Virus record (IMG/VR): IMGVR_UViG_3300014711_000002
Span: 1-55,640 of that record
Source: a virus
Taxonomy: Duplodnaviria > Caudoviricetes
Reading direction: 5' to 3' (one strand)
Length of the DNA: 55,640 nt
Positions 1 through 10,100 of this stretch are shown here, one piece after another. The translations under genes were made by a program, and so were the position numbers. A model generated the notes under the pieces. It saw only the letters and a list, made by a program, of their open reading frames with translations, ran no database searches and was not told the DNA's origin. Within the stretch, counting starts at the first letter, position 1. Each line of letters starts with the position of its first letter.

Positions 1-18
1 GTGCAGGCCGTCCGCGAC
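1..18 (+). repeat. Terminal direct repeat GTGCAGGCCGTCCGCGAC (second copy 55583-55600); circular-assembly overlap
   Basis: Exact 18-bp match between 1-18 and 55583-55600. Confidence 0.9.
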
Positions 19-111
19 TGGAAGAAGCGCCACGCCGCCGCGAAGAAACTTGCGGCCAAAAAGACCGTCACCACCACTGAGCTGGTGGGTGCAATTCAGT
101 CGGTGGCTTGA
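1..111 (+). CDS. 3' part of a small hypothetical protein that begins at 55484 and crosses the circular junction (69 aa, MSKAVQDQQE...VQAVRDWKKRH...IQSVA)
   Basis: ATG 55484 overlaps the helicase stop (ATGA) and has an AGGAG RBS. The frame continues through the repeat into 1-111 and ends at TGA just before the next ATG at 113. Confidence 0.8.
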   Translation: MQAVRDWKKRHAAAKKLAAKKTVTTTELVGAIQSVA

Positions 112-112
112 C

Positions 113-307
113 ATGACCCGCATTGAAATACAAACCAAGATCGAGCTGTTCCGCCGCGAGCTGCGCACGCTGGAGTCGATCAAAATTCACTGCGGAAACT
201 GCGACCACTTCGCTACGGGACGGTGCCAAAAGTTTCAAGCCGTTCCGCCAGCAGAAGTGCAGGCGGTGGGGTGCGATGAGTACGAGTACGACGAAATCCC
301 TTTCTGA
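113..307 (+). CDS. Small Cys-rich hypothetical protein (CxxC...C...C, C-terminal EIPF)
   Basis: ATG 113 directly after the previous stop; acidic-IPF tail resembles SSB-type interaction tails. Confidence 0.7.
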   Translation: MTRIEIQTKIELFRRELRTLESIKIHCGNCDHFATGRCQKFQAVPPAEVQAVGCDEYEYDEIPF

Positions 308-319
308 AGAAAGAAAACA

Positions 320-562
320 ATGACAACACCAAACAAACCAATGCGCGAGGGCGATCAACCAATGCCGGTGGCCAACAGCAACCCGGCTGTGTGGCCGATC
401 GTGATGGCCGACATGCAGGCCCGCCACGAGCTAGGCATCAAGCGCTACGGCACGCCGCTGCAGCCGCACAACGGGCGCGACGCACTGCGCGACGCGTATG
501 AGGAGGCGCTGGACCTGGCGGTGTACCTGCGCTCCGCGATCTTCGAGAGGGATGGAAAATGA
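320..562 (+). CDS. Conserved phage protein, possible all-alpha nucleotide pyrophosphatase-like fold
   Basis: R..G..RYG..L...NGRD.L.DA.EE.LD...Y motif with acidic EExxD cluster. Confidence 0.6.
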   Translation: MTTPNKPMREGDQPMPVANSNPAVWPIVMADMQARHELGIKRYGTPLQPHNGRDALRDAYEEALDLAVYLRSAIFERDGK

Positions 563-690
563 AAATCCTGGCCACCTACGCGGGCGCTTGGCTTGTTGTC
601 GGAGCTCTCGGTGTCCTGTGCTTCGCGCTGCTTGGAGTGATGTTCAAGGTGCTCTACCTGGGCTTCATGTTTGGGTGGGCTGCGCTGTGA
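559..690 (+). CDS. Small membrane protein (43 aa, MKILATYAGAWLVVG...)
   Basis: ATGA overlap with upstream gene and TGATG overlap with downstream gene; fully hydrophobic; below the ORF-track cutoff. Confidence 0.6.
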   Translation: MKILATYAGAWLVVGALGVLCFALLGVMFKVLYLGFMFGWAAL

Positions 691-914
691 TGAGCGACAT
701 CCTCACCGAAGAAGATCTGTGCGCGATCTCGGACTACCACACCCGCGACGGCGTGAAGGCCTGGCTGCGGGGGAACGACATCCCATTCATCGAGGCGAAG
801 AGCGGGTGGCCACGAGTCCACCGCAAGGCGCTGGAGAAAGCCATGGGTGTGAAGCGCGACGAGGACCTGATCAAAGGCGCGCCGGTGGAATTTAACTTCG
901 ACTCGTTGCGCTGA
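690..914 (+). CDS. Excisionase-like protein (DUF4224-like)
   Basis: LT.EDL..ISDY......WL....IPF.....G.P.V.R motif; directly upstream of integrase. Confidence 0.75.
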   Translation: MSDILTEEDLCAISDYHTRDGVKAWLRGNDIPFIEAKSGWPRVHRKALEKAMGVKRDEDLIKGAPVEFNFDSLR

Positions 915-934
915 GTTATCACATCGCTTATACT
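906..934 (+). promoter_or_regulatory. Integrase promoter TTGCGC-17-TATACT with operator 917-932; probably leaderless mRNA
   Basis: -10 ends 6 nt before ATG 941; no SD; TATCAcatcgcTTATA overlaps the -10. Confidence 0.65.
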
Positions 935-940
935 TCACGC

Positions 941-2029
941 ATGAAAAGACTTCCACGATTCAGCGAGAAGCGCGGCACCAGCAAGAGCGGCAAGGAGTGG
1001 GTGGCCTATTACCACACGCCCAAGATCGACGGCAAGGTGAAGTGGCACCCGCTTGGCAACAACCGTTCAGCCGCCCTGCGCAAGTGGGCCGAGCTGGAGG
1101 GCAAGGCCACCCCCAACGAGGCAGGCACCTTCAACGCAGTGGCCGACCAGTACATGGCCTGGGCCGAGGCCGAAGTGGTCAGCGGCGAGCTGGCCCCCCG
1201 CACGATTGCCGACCGCAAGAAGTACCTCAAGGTCATGCGCCCCGTGTTCGGTCCGCACCCGTTCGACGCCATCAAGCCGTCTGCCGTTGTGACCTACCTA
1301 GACGTGCGCGGCAAGACGTCAAAACACAGCGCCGGGCAGGAGCTGCGGTTCTTGTCGGCCATGTGGAACTGGGCAAAGCAGCGAGACATGGTCACAACCA
1401 TCAACCCTGTCACGGGGACCAGACTGCCCGGCACCGGCAACCGCATGATTGAGGTGCGACCACAGGACTATTGGCTGGTCCACGGATGCGGTGACCAGAT
1501 GGTCAAGGACGTCATGGAGCTGGCCGCCCGGCTGGGCACGCGCCCGCAGGAAGTGTTTGGCCTGACGTGGGGCAAGGTGGATCTCAGCGCCAGCCCGATG
1601 ACCGTCAAGGTTTGGATGAACAAGACCACCGGCTTCAAGATCGTCGTTGCAGACGCCGAACTCGAGGCGCTGATTCAGCGCCTACGTGGCGGCAAGGACA
1701 AGCCCAAGGGGCATGTGCTGACCGACGAAGATGGCAAGCCCCTGAACCCCGTGGGGGCCTTCCGCTACCGCTTCGCTGCAGCCAGGACCGCAGCACTCGC
1801 AAAGGCCAAGGAGGCCGACGTCGAGCACCAAGACTTCCAGCTGCGCGACCTGCGCCCGATGGCCGGGCTGGCCATGCTGGATGCCGAGGGCATGGATGCC
1901 GCGCGCCGCCTGCTTGGCCACACCACCGAGCGCATGACTTCACACTACACCACAGTGCGTCGAGGGTTTGTCAGCAATGCAGCCGCAATCAAAAAAGTTA
2001 GAAGTACTTCTAACCCTTCACAAGAGTGA
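941..2029 (+). CDS. int: Tyrosine integrase
   Basis: GTRPQE (Arg I), FQLRDLR (H-x-x-R box with Arg in place of His), LLGH...MT.HY catalytic Tyr; adjacent to attP. Confidence 0.95.
   Translation: MKRLPRFSEKRGTSKSGKEWVAYYHTPKIDGKVKWHPLGNNRSAALRKWAELEGKATPNEAGTFNAVADQYMAWAEAEVVSGELAPRTIADRKKYLKVMRPVFGPHPFDAIKPSAVVTYLDVRGKTSKHSAGQELRFLSAMWNWAKQRDMVTTINPVTGTRLPGTGNRMIEVRPQDYWLVHGCGDQMVKDVMELAARLGTRPQEVFGLTWGKVDLSASPMTVKVWMNKTTGFKIVVADAELEALIQRLRGGKDKPKGHVLTDEDGKPLNPVGAFRYRFAAARTAALAKAKEADVEHQDFQLRDLRPMAGLAMLDAEGMDAARRLLGHTTERMTSHYTTVRRGFVSNAAAIKKVRSTSNPSQE
1997..2014. repeat. Perfect palindrome GTTAGAAGT-ACTTCTAAC; probable integrase arm-type sites (third copy 2239-2247)
   Basis: AAAAAGTTAGAAGT occurs on both sides of the att core. 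Confidence 0.7.
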
Positions 2030-2062
2030 AGCTACAATGTCGCTGCAACCTGTTGATTTTGC

Positions 2063-2110
2063 TGGAGGCGGGGGTCGGAATCGAACCGGCGTACACGGAT
2101 TTGCAGTCCG
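2063..2110 (-). other. attP core: 3' half of tRNA-Cys(GCA), not a full tRNA
   Basis: Minus strand reads CGGA-CTGCAAA-TCCG-TGTAC-GCCGG-TTCGATT-CCGAC-CCCCGCC-T-CCA (anticodon arm, T arm, acceptor 3' strand, CCA). D arm and 5' acceptor strand are missing. 34 bp downstream of int. Confidence 0.92.
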
Positions 2111-2261
2111 TCGCAGAAACACGCCGCAAACCCAGTGTTCATGCGGGTCTCGAGAGAATCGAGCCCCTTGATCACATCTAAATTATCACAATGATTGTGG
2201 GCTGGCGACCCGCATGAATGCTCAACAACCGCCAAAAAGTTAGAAGTGAAAAGGAACCACC

Positions 2262-2504
2262 ATGACTGAAGCAGCACAACGAGAAATGACCTACGGCGAG
2301 AAGGCCGTCGGCCTGACCTTCAACCCCAGCAACGACGACGCCGTGGCCCAGTGCAAGGCTGAGTTTGCCCGCGTCATCGACCGCATGAACGACCTGCGCG
2401 CCTCGACCGACAACGCCGAGGTCAAGCGCATGGCCAGCGTCGCCATCACCGAAGCCCAGACCGCCCAGATGTGGGCCGTCAAAGCCATCACTTGGAGGGG
2501 CTGA
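2262..2504 (+). CDS. Acb2/Tad1-like helical-hairpin protein (putative cyclic-nucleotide sponge)
   Basis: GE..VG..FNPS....V...K...A..ID...E..R..S.A.T..Q.A.MWAVKA pattern recognised from memory; AAGGA RBS. Confidence 0.6.
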   Translation: MTEAAQREMTYGEKAVGLTFNPSNDDAVAQCKAEFARVIDRMNDLRASTDNAEVKRMASVAITEAQTAQMWAVKAITWRG

Positions 2505-2506
2505 GC

Positions 2507-2926
2507 ATGAACAGCGAACAAATTGCACGCGTGTGCCACGAGGTCAACCGCGCCTACTGCCAAGCCCTCGGCGACATGAGTCAGCCCGCATGGGAAGACG
2601 CGCCGCAGTGGCAAAAGGACAGCGCCCTTCTGGGGGTCAAGCTGCACACCGAAAAGAACGTCGGCCCCGAGGCCAGCCACCAGAGCTGGATGGCGCAGAA
2701 GGTATTGGATGGCTGGGTGTACGGGCCTGAGAAGAACGCCGAAGCCAAGACCCACCACTGCATCGTCCCGTTTGCTGATCTGCCACGCGAGCAGCAGGCC
2801 AAGGACTTCATCTTCCGCGCCGTAGTGCATGCACTGCGTGCAACAGCGCCAGCCGACGACAACGACTTCCAGCTGGGCAAGGCCTGCGACCTGTCCGGCG
2901 AAGGAACCTGCGAGGCCTGCCAATGA
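2507..2926 (+). CDS. RyR-domain protein with C-terminal acidic ..ACDLSGEGTCEACQ tail
   Basis: H..W...K..DGW.YG..K....KTH.C.VPF..LP..Q..KD is the RyR repeat signature; GGAGG RBS. Confidence 0.85.
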   Translation: MNSEQIARVCHEVNRAYCQALGDMSQPAWEDAPQWQKDSALLGVKLHTEKNVGPEASHQSWMAQKVLDGWVYGPEKNAEAKTHHCIVPFADLPREQQAKDFIFRAVVHALRATAPADDNDFQLGKACDLSGEGTCEACQ

Positions 2927-3243
2927 GCGGCACCACCGTCTACAGCATCGCCAACGTGCAGCACGCACTGCAGGCGCTCAAAGAAAAGATCGAGCCCCAC
3001 AAGTGGGCCGAGACACCGCTCCCCGTCATCGCCGCCCCGGGCTGGTGGATGGAGGAGATCCGCAAGGAGATGGGCATCGAGGAAGGCTTTGAGCCGGGCG
3101 AGATCCACGGGTGCCACGTCACCCGCATGGATCACCTGACAGAGCCGTTCCTCGTAGACCACGACGGGAAGATGTACCCAATCCTGCCCCAATGGCTGCG
3201 GGCCAAGCAAACTGCGGAAGCAGAGAAAGGCGAGACAGAATGA
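2923..3243 (+). CDS. Hypothetical protein
   Basis: ATGA-coupled to both neighbours; phage-like codon usage. Confidence 0.7.
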   Translation: MSGTTVYSIANVQHALQALKEKIEPHKWAETPLPVIAAPGWWMEEIRKEMGIEEGFEPGEIHGCHVTRMDHLTEPFLVDHDGKMYPILPQWLRAKQTAEAEKGETE

Positions 3244-3410
3244 GCAAAGCAACAGTGATATTTGAAGACGAAGGCGACGGCGTCAACATCCGAATCGAGT
3301 TCGGTGATGAGGGAGGCCAAGAGACAAGCGGCGCGCACCAGATGGCGGCTTTGGCTGTCCGGTTGGTGTCCGAGCGGGTCGGCAGCATGGAACAGGGGGA
3401 GCAGGAATGA
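3240..3410 (+). CDS. Hypothetical protein (56 aa)
   Basis: ATGA overlaps on both sides. Confidence 0.6.
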   Translation: MSKATVIFEDEGDGVNIRIEFGDEGGQETSGAHQMAALAVRLVSERVGSMEQGEQE

Positions 3411-3961
3411 GCATGTCAAAAGAACCTTTCGGCTATTTCAAAGCCGAGCCATTTGGCTGGACCGACTGCGCCCCAAACGAAGAGGGCGCGGTGGCCTTGT
3501 ACGAAAAATCTGACCTGACCAACTACCAGCGCACGGCCAATTGGCTGAAGGCGTGCGGCAAGGAGCCAAACCCCGAGGACCTGGTGGTCCAGATTGGCTG
3601 CCACATCGAGGAGCTGTGCGAGTTCCTGCAGGTGCTGCGCACCGACAAGGAAGGCTACGCCAAGCTGCTGGACCGAACCCGTGTGGACCTTGAGTGGTTT
3701 GCCAGCAAACTCAAGCGCCGGGAGGTGACGGTCTACATCCCCACCCACCTGCGCACCGATGCGCTGGATGCCCTGTGCGATGCCGAGGTGACCGGCAACG
3801 GCGTGGCCTACCTTGCCGGGTTTGACAAGGACGGTGCTGACCAGGTCGTGCTGGCCAGCAACGAGGCCAAGCTGGTGGATGGCAAGCCCGTCATCCTTGA
3901 GGGCGGCAAGATCGGCAAGCCGGACGGGTGGAAGGCACCGGACTTGAGGGGGTTTGTATGA
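3407..3961 (+). CDS. MazG-like / PRA-PH family NTP pyrophosphohydrolase
   Basis: IEELCE...LDALCD..V...G......D.......V..SN..K..DGK......GKI.KP.GW..PDL. Confidence 0.85.
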   Translation: MSMSKEPFGYFKAEPFGWTDCAPNEEGAVALYEKSDLTNYQRTANWLKACGKEPNPEDLVVQIGCHIEELCEFLQVLRTDKEGYAKLLDRTRVDLEWFASKLKRREVTVYIPTHLRTDALDALCDAEVTGNGVAYLAGFDKDGADQVVLASNEAKLVDGKPVILEGGKIGKPDGWKAPDLRGFV

Positions 3962-4116
3962 GACCCGACGCCAAGCAAGAGCGCCGCGTGCTGACGTTCT
4001 TTGCCGTGCTGGCGGCCGTCATTGTGCTGACCTTGGCGCACGGGTTCTACACTGGCGAGCTCAAGTTCCACATGGGCAAGGGCTGCGTCGAAGAACACTG
4101 CGAACCAGACCAGTAA
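3958..4116 (+). CDS. Small membrane protein
   Basis: One hydrophobic helix; ATGA overlap. Confidence 0.55.
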   Translation: MRPDAKQERRVLTFFAVLAAVIVLTLAHGFYTGELKFHMGKGCVEEHCEPDQ

Positions 4117-4118
4117 AG

Positions 4119-4138
4119 AGGGGGCCAATCGGCCCCCT
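4119..4138. terminator. Probable bidirectional terminator between the convergent arms
   Basis: AGGGGGCC-aatc-GGCCCCCT hairpin between stops at 4116 and 4141. Confidence 0.8.
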
Positions 4139-4140
4139 TC

Positions 4141-7100
4141 TTACTTTGGCACCACGCGCAGGTACTCGCGGTTCATGTCGGTGGCCAGCTTGTCACGCTC
4201 CACCTGCAGGCGCTGCCTTTCCAGTGCCTTCTCAGGCTTGGTCATCTTCTCGTCCTTGATGATGTCCAGCTCTGCCTTGCGGATCATGGACGACTGGCGC
4301 TGATAGGTCTCCTGCATTCTGGCCAAGCTCAACAAGCGCTCATCGTCGCCGCTCAGCTCGGGGTCCAGGCCCAGCTTCTGCTGCGCCTTCACCTCGCCCG
4401 CCAGTTTCTTAATTTTGTCCATGCGCTCGCGGGCGGTCTGGGTATTCGCGCCTTCGTCCACCTCGCCGTAGAACTTGTTCAAAAATGGGATCTTGTTCGC
4501 CTTCAGGTCCTTGTCGTCGCCGGTCATGGCCATCACAGCCGTACCCACCTGCTCCACAAAGGTGCCCAGGCCGCCCGTGGTGGCGCTGATCAGGGTCTGG
4601 ATGGTGCCAGGTGCCACCGAAGTGTCCATTCCCAGGATCGACCCAGCCTTGCCTTCGTTGCCACCGCCCAGCTCGTTGAGTGCCTTGGCAATCTTGGCCG
4701 ACACAGAGTCCTGCTGGCTGGTGAACATCCGTTCTGAATCTGGCCTGACATCCCACGGCGACTTGAACGGCGACGAGGCGGAGCCAAACGTGTTGCGCTC
4801 GTTGACGATCTGGATCGGCAGGTCAGCCAATGTTGGCATGGCCGCCAGCAGAACCTGCACGCCGTCGGACAAGTCCACCGCGCCGCCGAATGGGTTGACC
4901 GAGCCGAACACCGTGGACGTCATGTGCAGGGCCGCCTTGGTGGGCGTCATGCCACGCTTGGGGTCGGCCTGGTTGCGCAGGACATCGGCCATGGTGTAGC
5001 CGAGGTTGGGGAAGATGTTGAAGCCGTACTGCACGGGGATCGTGACGTAACGGCCACGCTTGCCAGCGCGCTTGATGCCACCAGCTAGGGCATCGCCCGG
5101 TGGCAGCATGATCACCATGTTGCGTTCCTTGATGTAGCTGGGGATCTTGTCCCAGTAGGCCTCGCCGTCGTCGTCTTCGCCGCCAGCGGATGCACCGTAC
5201 AGGGCCAGCATCATGCCGATACCGGCCACGCCCGCCATGGACGCCTGCACCGCTGGGCTCTTGAGCACCACCTTGAAAAGCTGGGCGTTGCCCTGCACAC
5301 CGGCGTTGAAGAACAGGTACAGGTTGTTCAGCGCGCCACCCCATTCACCCTTACGGTTGAAGTTGGTGGTGCCGTCTTTCGCCAAGATCGCCGCCTTGGC
5401 CGGGCTGTTGCCCACCTCGCGGGACGCCTGGTACAGCGCAAAGCGGGTGGCGTTCTCGGACGCAGCGCCCATGAACTCCAGCATCTTGAGCGTCATCTTG
5501 GCCAGCTTGAACGGGGGCAGTGTATTGACCTTCTCCCACGGTGTGCGGGCAGACGCGCCAGCCAGCAGCAGTTCGTTGCGCAGCTCTTGGTTGATGTCGT
5601 CCAGCGTGCGCATGAAGAAGCCGCCCGTGATACCGCCAGCAGAGCGGAACTCCTTGAACCGGGCGTCCATCACAGGGTTGCCAAACAGCTTGTTGCTTGT
5701 GCCGGCCACGCCCGCCTCTTGGCGGGTCGATGCCATGAGCGCCTTGGGGTAGGCGGCCAGGTATTTGGCCAAGCCCTTGGGACCCAGCTCGGCCAGAGCC
5801 GAAGCGGTGCCGGACCACAGCGCATCGCGTGGGATGTTGATCAGCGCAAAGGCCGGGTTGTACTTGGTCAGCACGGCGCGCAGCCAGTTGTTCCACCAGC
5901 CGGTCATGGCCAGCGTCGCCCGCTCCAGCCCGCTCGTCTCATCCTTCCATGCTTGGCGCAGGGCCCGGGTCAGTTCCTTGTCGGCGAACTTGATGTACAC
6001 CTGCTGGCCGCCGACCTTCACGCCGATGGTGTCCTCGCCCTTCTCGATGGACTTGGTGTACTGCACGGTGCCCTGGGCCTTGTTGAAGCTCGGCTTGCTG
6101 CGCTCCACATCCACGCCCCACAGGTCGGGGTCTGGGTTGGACAGCACGAAGTCCAGCAGCACCTTGGCCACATCGTTCTTCTCGACCCGGGCGACTACGC
6201 GCTCGTAGTCGCGGATCACGTTTTCGATCAGGTCACCCGCCCGGGACTTGCGGCCCATGGCGCGGACAGTCTCAGCGCCGCGCACGTTCACGCCACGGCC
6301 AACACCGGGCCGGGCCACGCCGGTTTCCTCGTCCACGTTCTCGAAGCCACGCAGCGGGATGTAGTTGTCGTATGCACCCTCGAGCGTAGTGAACTCGTCG
6401 GGGGTGATCAGACCCTCGGACAGCATCACTTGGCGCGTGGCCGACGTGATGCCCATCAGAGCCTGGTGCAGCTCCTCGAACTGCGCTTCCTTGCCCTCGG
6501 CCTTCGCCTTGGCGATGACCGCATCGGCGTCAGCGTTGGTCATGCCGGAGCCGCCATCGGGCAGGCGCGGATTGATGCTGGCGATGTAGGCGTTGCGCTC
6601 CTTGGCGTGCTTGGCGTAGGCGTACACGGACAGCTCGTCCATGTCGATGCCGAACTCAGCGGCCTTGTCCAGCATGGGGCGCACGACGTCGTTCTTGAAG
6701 TCGTCGATGGCCGCCTGAATGCGACCGGGCATCAGCGTGTTGGCGTCGTAGAAGTTCTGCGCTTCACCGACGGTGCCGCCCTTGGCCTTGACCGCCTCAA
6801 TCACGCGCTTCATGCGCAGGCCGTCATCCTGCAGCTTGATGCGGGCAGCGTCGATGTTGCTGGTGGCAGGCACCTCGAAGTTGGAGCCGATCAGTTTCTG
6901 GCGGGGGATGGAGCGGTTGCTGAAGCGGATGTCCGGGTCAGCAGGATCGAATTCACCGCTGTTGCCGGTGGCGGATTTGATTTGCTCGGGGCGGAAGGCC
7001 ACGATCTCGTAGCCGCCATCGTACATCACGCCGTCATAGCCAGCCTTCTGCAGGTTGTCGCTGAACTTTTGCGCCACATCTGAGTTGCGCTCGACTGCCA

Positions 7101-10100
7101 TCGAGAACTCGCCCTGAAATCCGTCGGCAGTCGTGTTGCGAGCAAAGGCATCAAGCCCAGCCTCACGAGGCATGGCGGCGTTGATCGCTGCGATTACATT
7201 TCTCGGCAGGGAGTCGTTACGGTACGTCTCGCCACTGATGTTCAGTGGGTTTTTCAGCGAGAGGTACACGGGCATCACATTGCTACCCTCACCAATACGG
7301 CCGCGGCCACCGGAGTACCCGGACGCCATGAAGTCATTGTTCGTGAAGTAAAAGCCTGCACCAAGGAACCCGGTGTTTCCCATGCCGCTGCCGAGACGGT
7401 CAATGTCAAATGTGCTGAAGTCGCCTTTGGTCCCGTGATACACCACCAGCGGCTTGCCCTGGGCGTCCACCACCTTGCTGTCGCCGAACCAGCGCCAGAA
7501 GTTCCGCACACCGTCTTCGGTGCTGGCGATCTGCTGGCCGTTGCTGTTGGTTGTGGGGCGGTCTTGGCCGTCGACTTCGATGGTGGCGCGGTTGGAGCGG
7601 TTTATGCCGGTGTCTTCGGCGTCCATCTCGCCGCGAGTGACAGTATCAAGCTCGGACTGAATGCCAGTCTGCCAAGCATAGGTGCGGATGATCCTTGCAG
7701 ATTGCGATACCTCGGCCTCAAGCAAGTCTTTGCTGACGTGCAGAACCTCATCAAGCGCAGAGTTGATGCGTGGCGACAAGCCCAGCACGGAGCGCACGGC
7801 CTCAACCAACTCTTTCCACACCGATCGGCCAGTGCTTGGGTAGTCAATGCTGTTCAGCCAGTCCTGCGCTTCGCGGCTTGCCAAAGCCCACGCAATGGTC
7901 TCGTCTGGGTTGTCAAAAGCATTGACCATGCTGCGGCCAATTTTGGTTTCAAACTCTGACAGATTGCCATCACCATTCTTGTAAGCAGTGATGCGCTTGT
8001 TCATTTCCGCAACAATGGCATTGTGTACGCCGTACAGCCGGTCAACAGCTTCGCCAATTCTGGTGCCGTTCGCTGCTTTCTTTTCACCGGCGTAGATGGT
8101 CGCAATCGTTGCGGCGTGGACCAGTTCGTGCAGCACGGTTTGATAGCGAGCACCGACCTTGCCCGCTACGTCTGCGCCATTCAACGTAACGACAATTCGG
8201 TGGCGCGTCTTGTTCTCAGCAGAAGAGTACTGCGTGTGCCCACGCCCGTTTAGCAAGGCGGCAGGCACGCGATCACCGACGTGTGCAATATTCAGTTGCA
8301 GATCAAAGCCAGACTTTTCCATGCTGGACAGTTGGGCGGCAACAGCGGTGGCGATGATGCGCTGATCCTTGTCGGGCGCATTTGCCGCCATCCACTTGGC
8401 TGCATCAACGACACCTTTGCCGGTCAATGCTGCTTCAATCTTTTGCGCTTCGGCAGGATTTGGGTCGCCGCTTTCAAGCTCAGACCTGCGGCTGAACATG
8501 ATGTCGCCCTCGGCCTTGTCGAGCTTCTTGGCCAGCTTCTGCAGCTTGGCCTCGCGGTCGCCTTCCTTCTTCGGGTTGTACTCAACGGTCTCGATGTTGT
8601 TCTTGGCCAGCACCTCAAGCGCCTTGGGGTCCACGCCTTTGGGCACCACGGCACCACGGAACTCGCTCAGTGCAACGGCCCGCTGTGGCTTGGCCTCAAA
8701 GTAGTCGGTCACCGCAGAGCGCAGCGCCTCCACACCCTGCTTGGCCAAGTCGATGGTCTCTTGATCAACACCACGGAAACCCTTGCGCTGCAGGGCCACA
8801 CGCACGTTGCCGTCGGTCAGAGCGCCCTTGCCTGCAACGGCCAGCGCTTCCATGGCTGCGTCCATGCCAGCCCATGTGTCCACGTTGCCGCGCCAGTCTT
8901 TCTCGGTGAAGAACTCCAGCGCCTTGTTGCGGTAATCGTTCAACAGTTTCTCGGTGCCCGTCTTGCCCTCGCCTTCTTGGGCGGTAGACACCACCTGGTC
9001 GCGGGCCGCTTTGATCTCGTCGAGCGACTTGAAGCGCTTGCCCAGCATGGCTGAGACTTTGCCCACGCCACTGGTCATGGTCTTCTCTGCACCGGCCACG
9101 CCTCCAGCCGTCATCGCCTCAACGATGTTGTCCAGCGTGGGTGCAACTTGCTTGCCCCGCACGGTGATGGTGGGCTGGTCGAACAGCGGCTTGATCAGGC
9201 TCTGATACCAAGCCACGTAGGCCGGGTCATCTTTGCTCACCAGTTTGTCGATGGCCGCATCCAGCTTGTTCTGGTCAACTTCTTTCTTGCCAGCATTGCG
9301 CATGGCCTTGTTCACGGACTCAGAGAATTTCCAGCTTGGCTGTTTGGATTCGTCGGTGACCCACTCGCCGTCAACACCCCAGCTTGTCACCAAACTCTCC
9401 ATGGCGTCTTTGCGGCCCAGTGCCTCGGCCAAGCGTGCGCCTTCGGAGCCTGGCTTGTCCACGTATGCGGCCACAGCCTTGCGGGCCATGTCGGCCAATT
9501 GCTTCAGTTCGGCAGAGCCTTCAATGTCGTTGGCCCCCATCTCTTTGATCTTCTCCATCAGCGGCTTCGCTGCCGTCAGGAACTGTTTGTCATTGACCCA
9601 CTTGAAGTCGGTTTGCACATCGCGCATTGGAACCTTGACAGTTTTGCCCAGCACATCACGTGCAAACAGCGCACGGGGCGTGGAGTACCTGTCGAACAAG
9701 CTGACAAGCTGGTCGGGCTTGACGCTTGACGAGTTGACGACTTTGTCAAACGCCTGCGAGACAAAGCCATCTTCGGCAAAGTCTCGGGCCGACTTGATCT
9801 TGTCGTAGAAAGCATCGGCCGCTTTGCGGGCTGGCTTCTTGTAGTTCAACTCAGGGAAGCGCGAGGTGTACGCATCGCGGTCAAACACAGGCGTGCCCGT
9901 GCCGGGGTCCACCATGCCCTTGGGCGCAATCATTGTGATACCGCCGAAAGCGTAGAACGGTGTGGCCGCTTTGGTCACGCCAATGGACGGCACAGGCAGG
10001 CCGCCGATCTCGTCGGCATACAGCAGGTTCTCGGGCGTCAGGTTGTGGATGGCGATCAGCTCCTGTCCAGCGGGCACGGCCTCGGCTGCGGAGGTGTCCT

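Noticed and set aside
1-18. attL/attR pair or phage terminal repeat
   Set aside because: The repeat lies inside a small CDS and a proper attP exists at 2063-2110; best explained as assembly overlap.
2063-2110. Functional phage tRNA-Cys gene
   Set aside because: Only the anticodon arm to CCA is present. There is no D arm or 5' acceptor strand, and the position next to int indicates an att core.
5587-7083. 498-aa plus-strand ORF (also 10045-11202, 13162-14214, 29591-30568, 51152-51937, 54261-55106)
   Set aside because: Antisense shadows of GC3-rich genes; no motifs or RBS seen. Unlike the intein-nested ORF, they show no recognisable domain.
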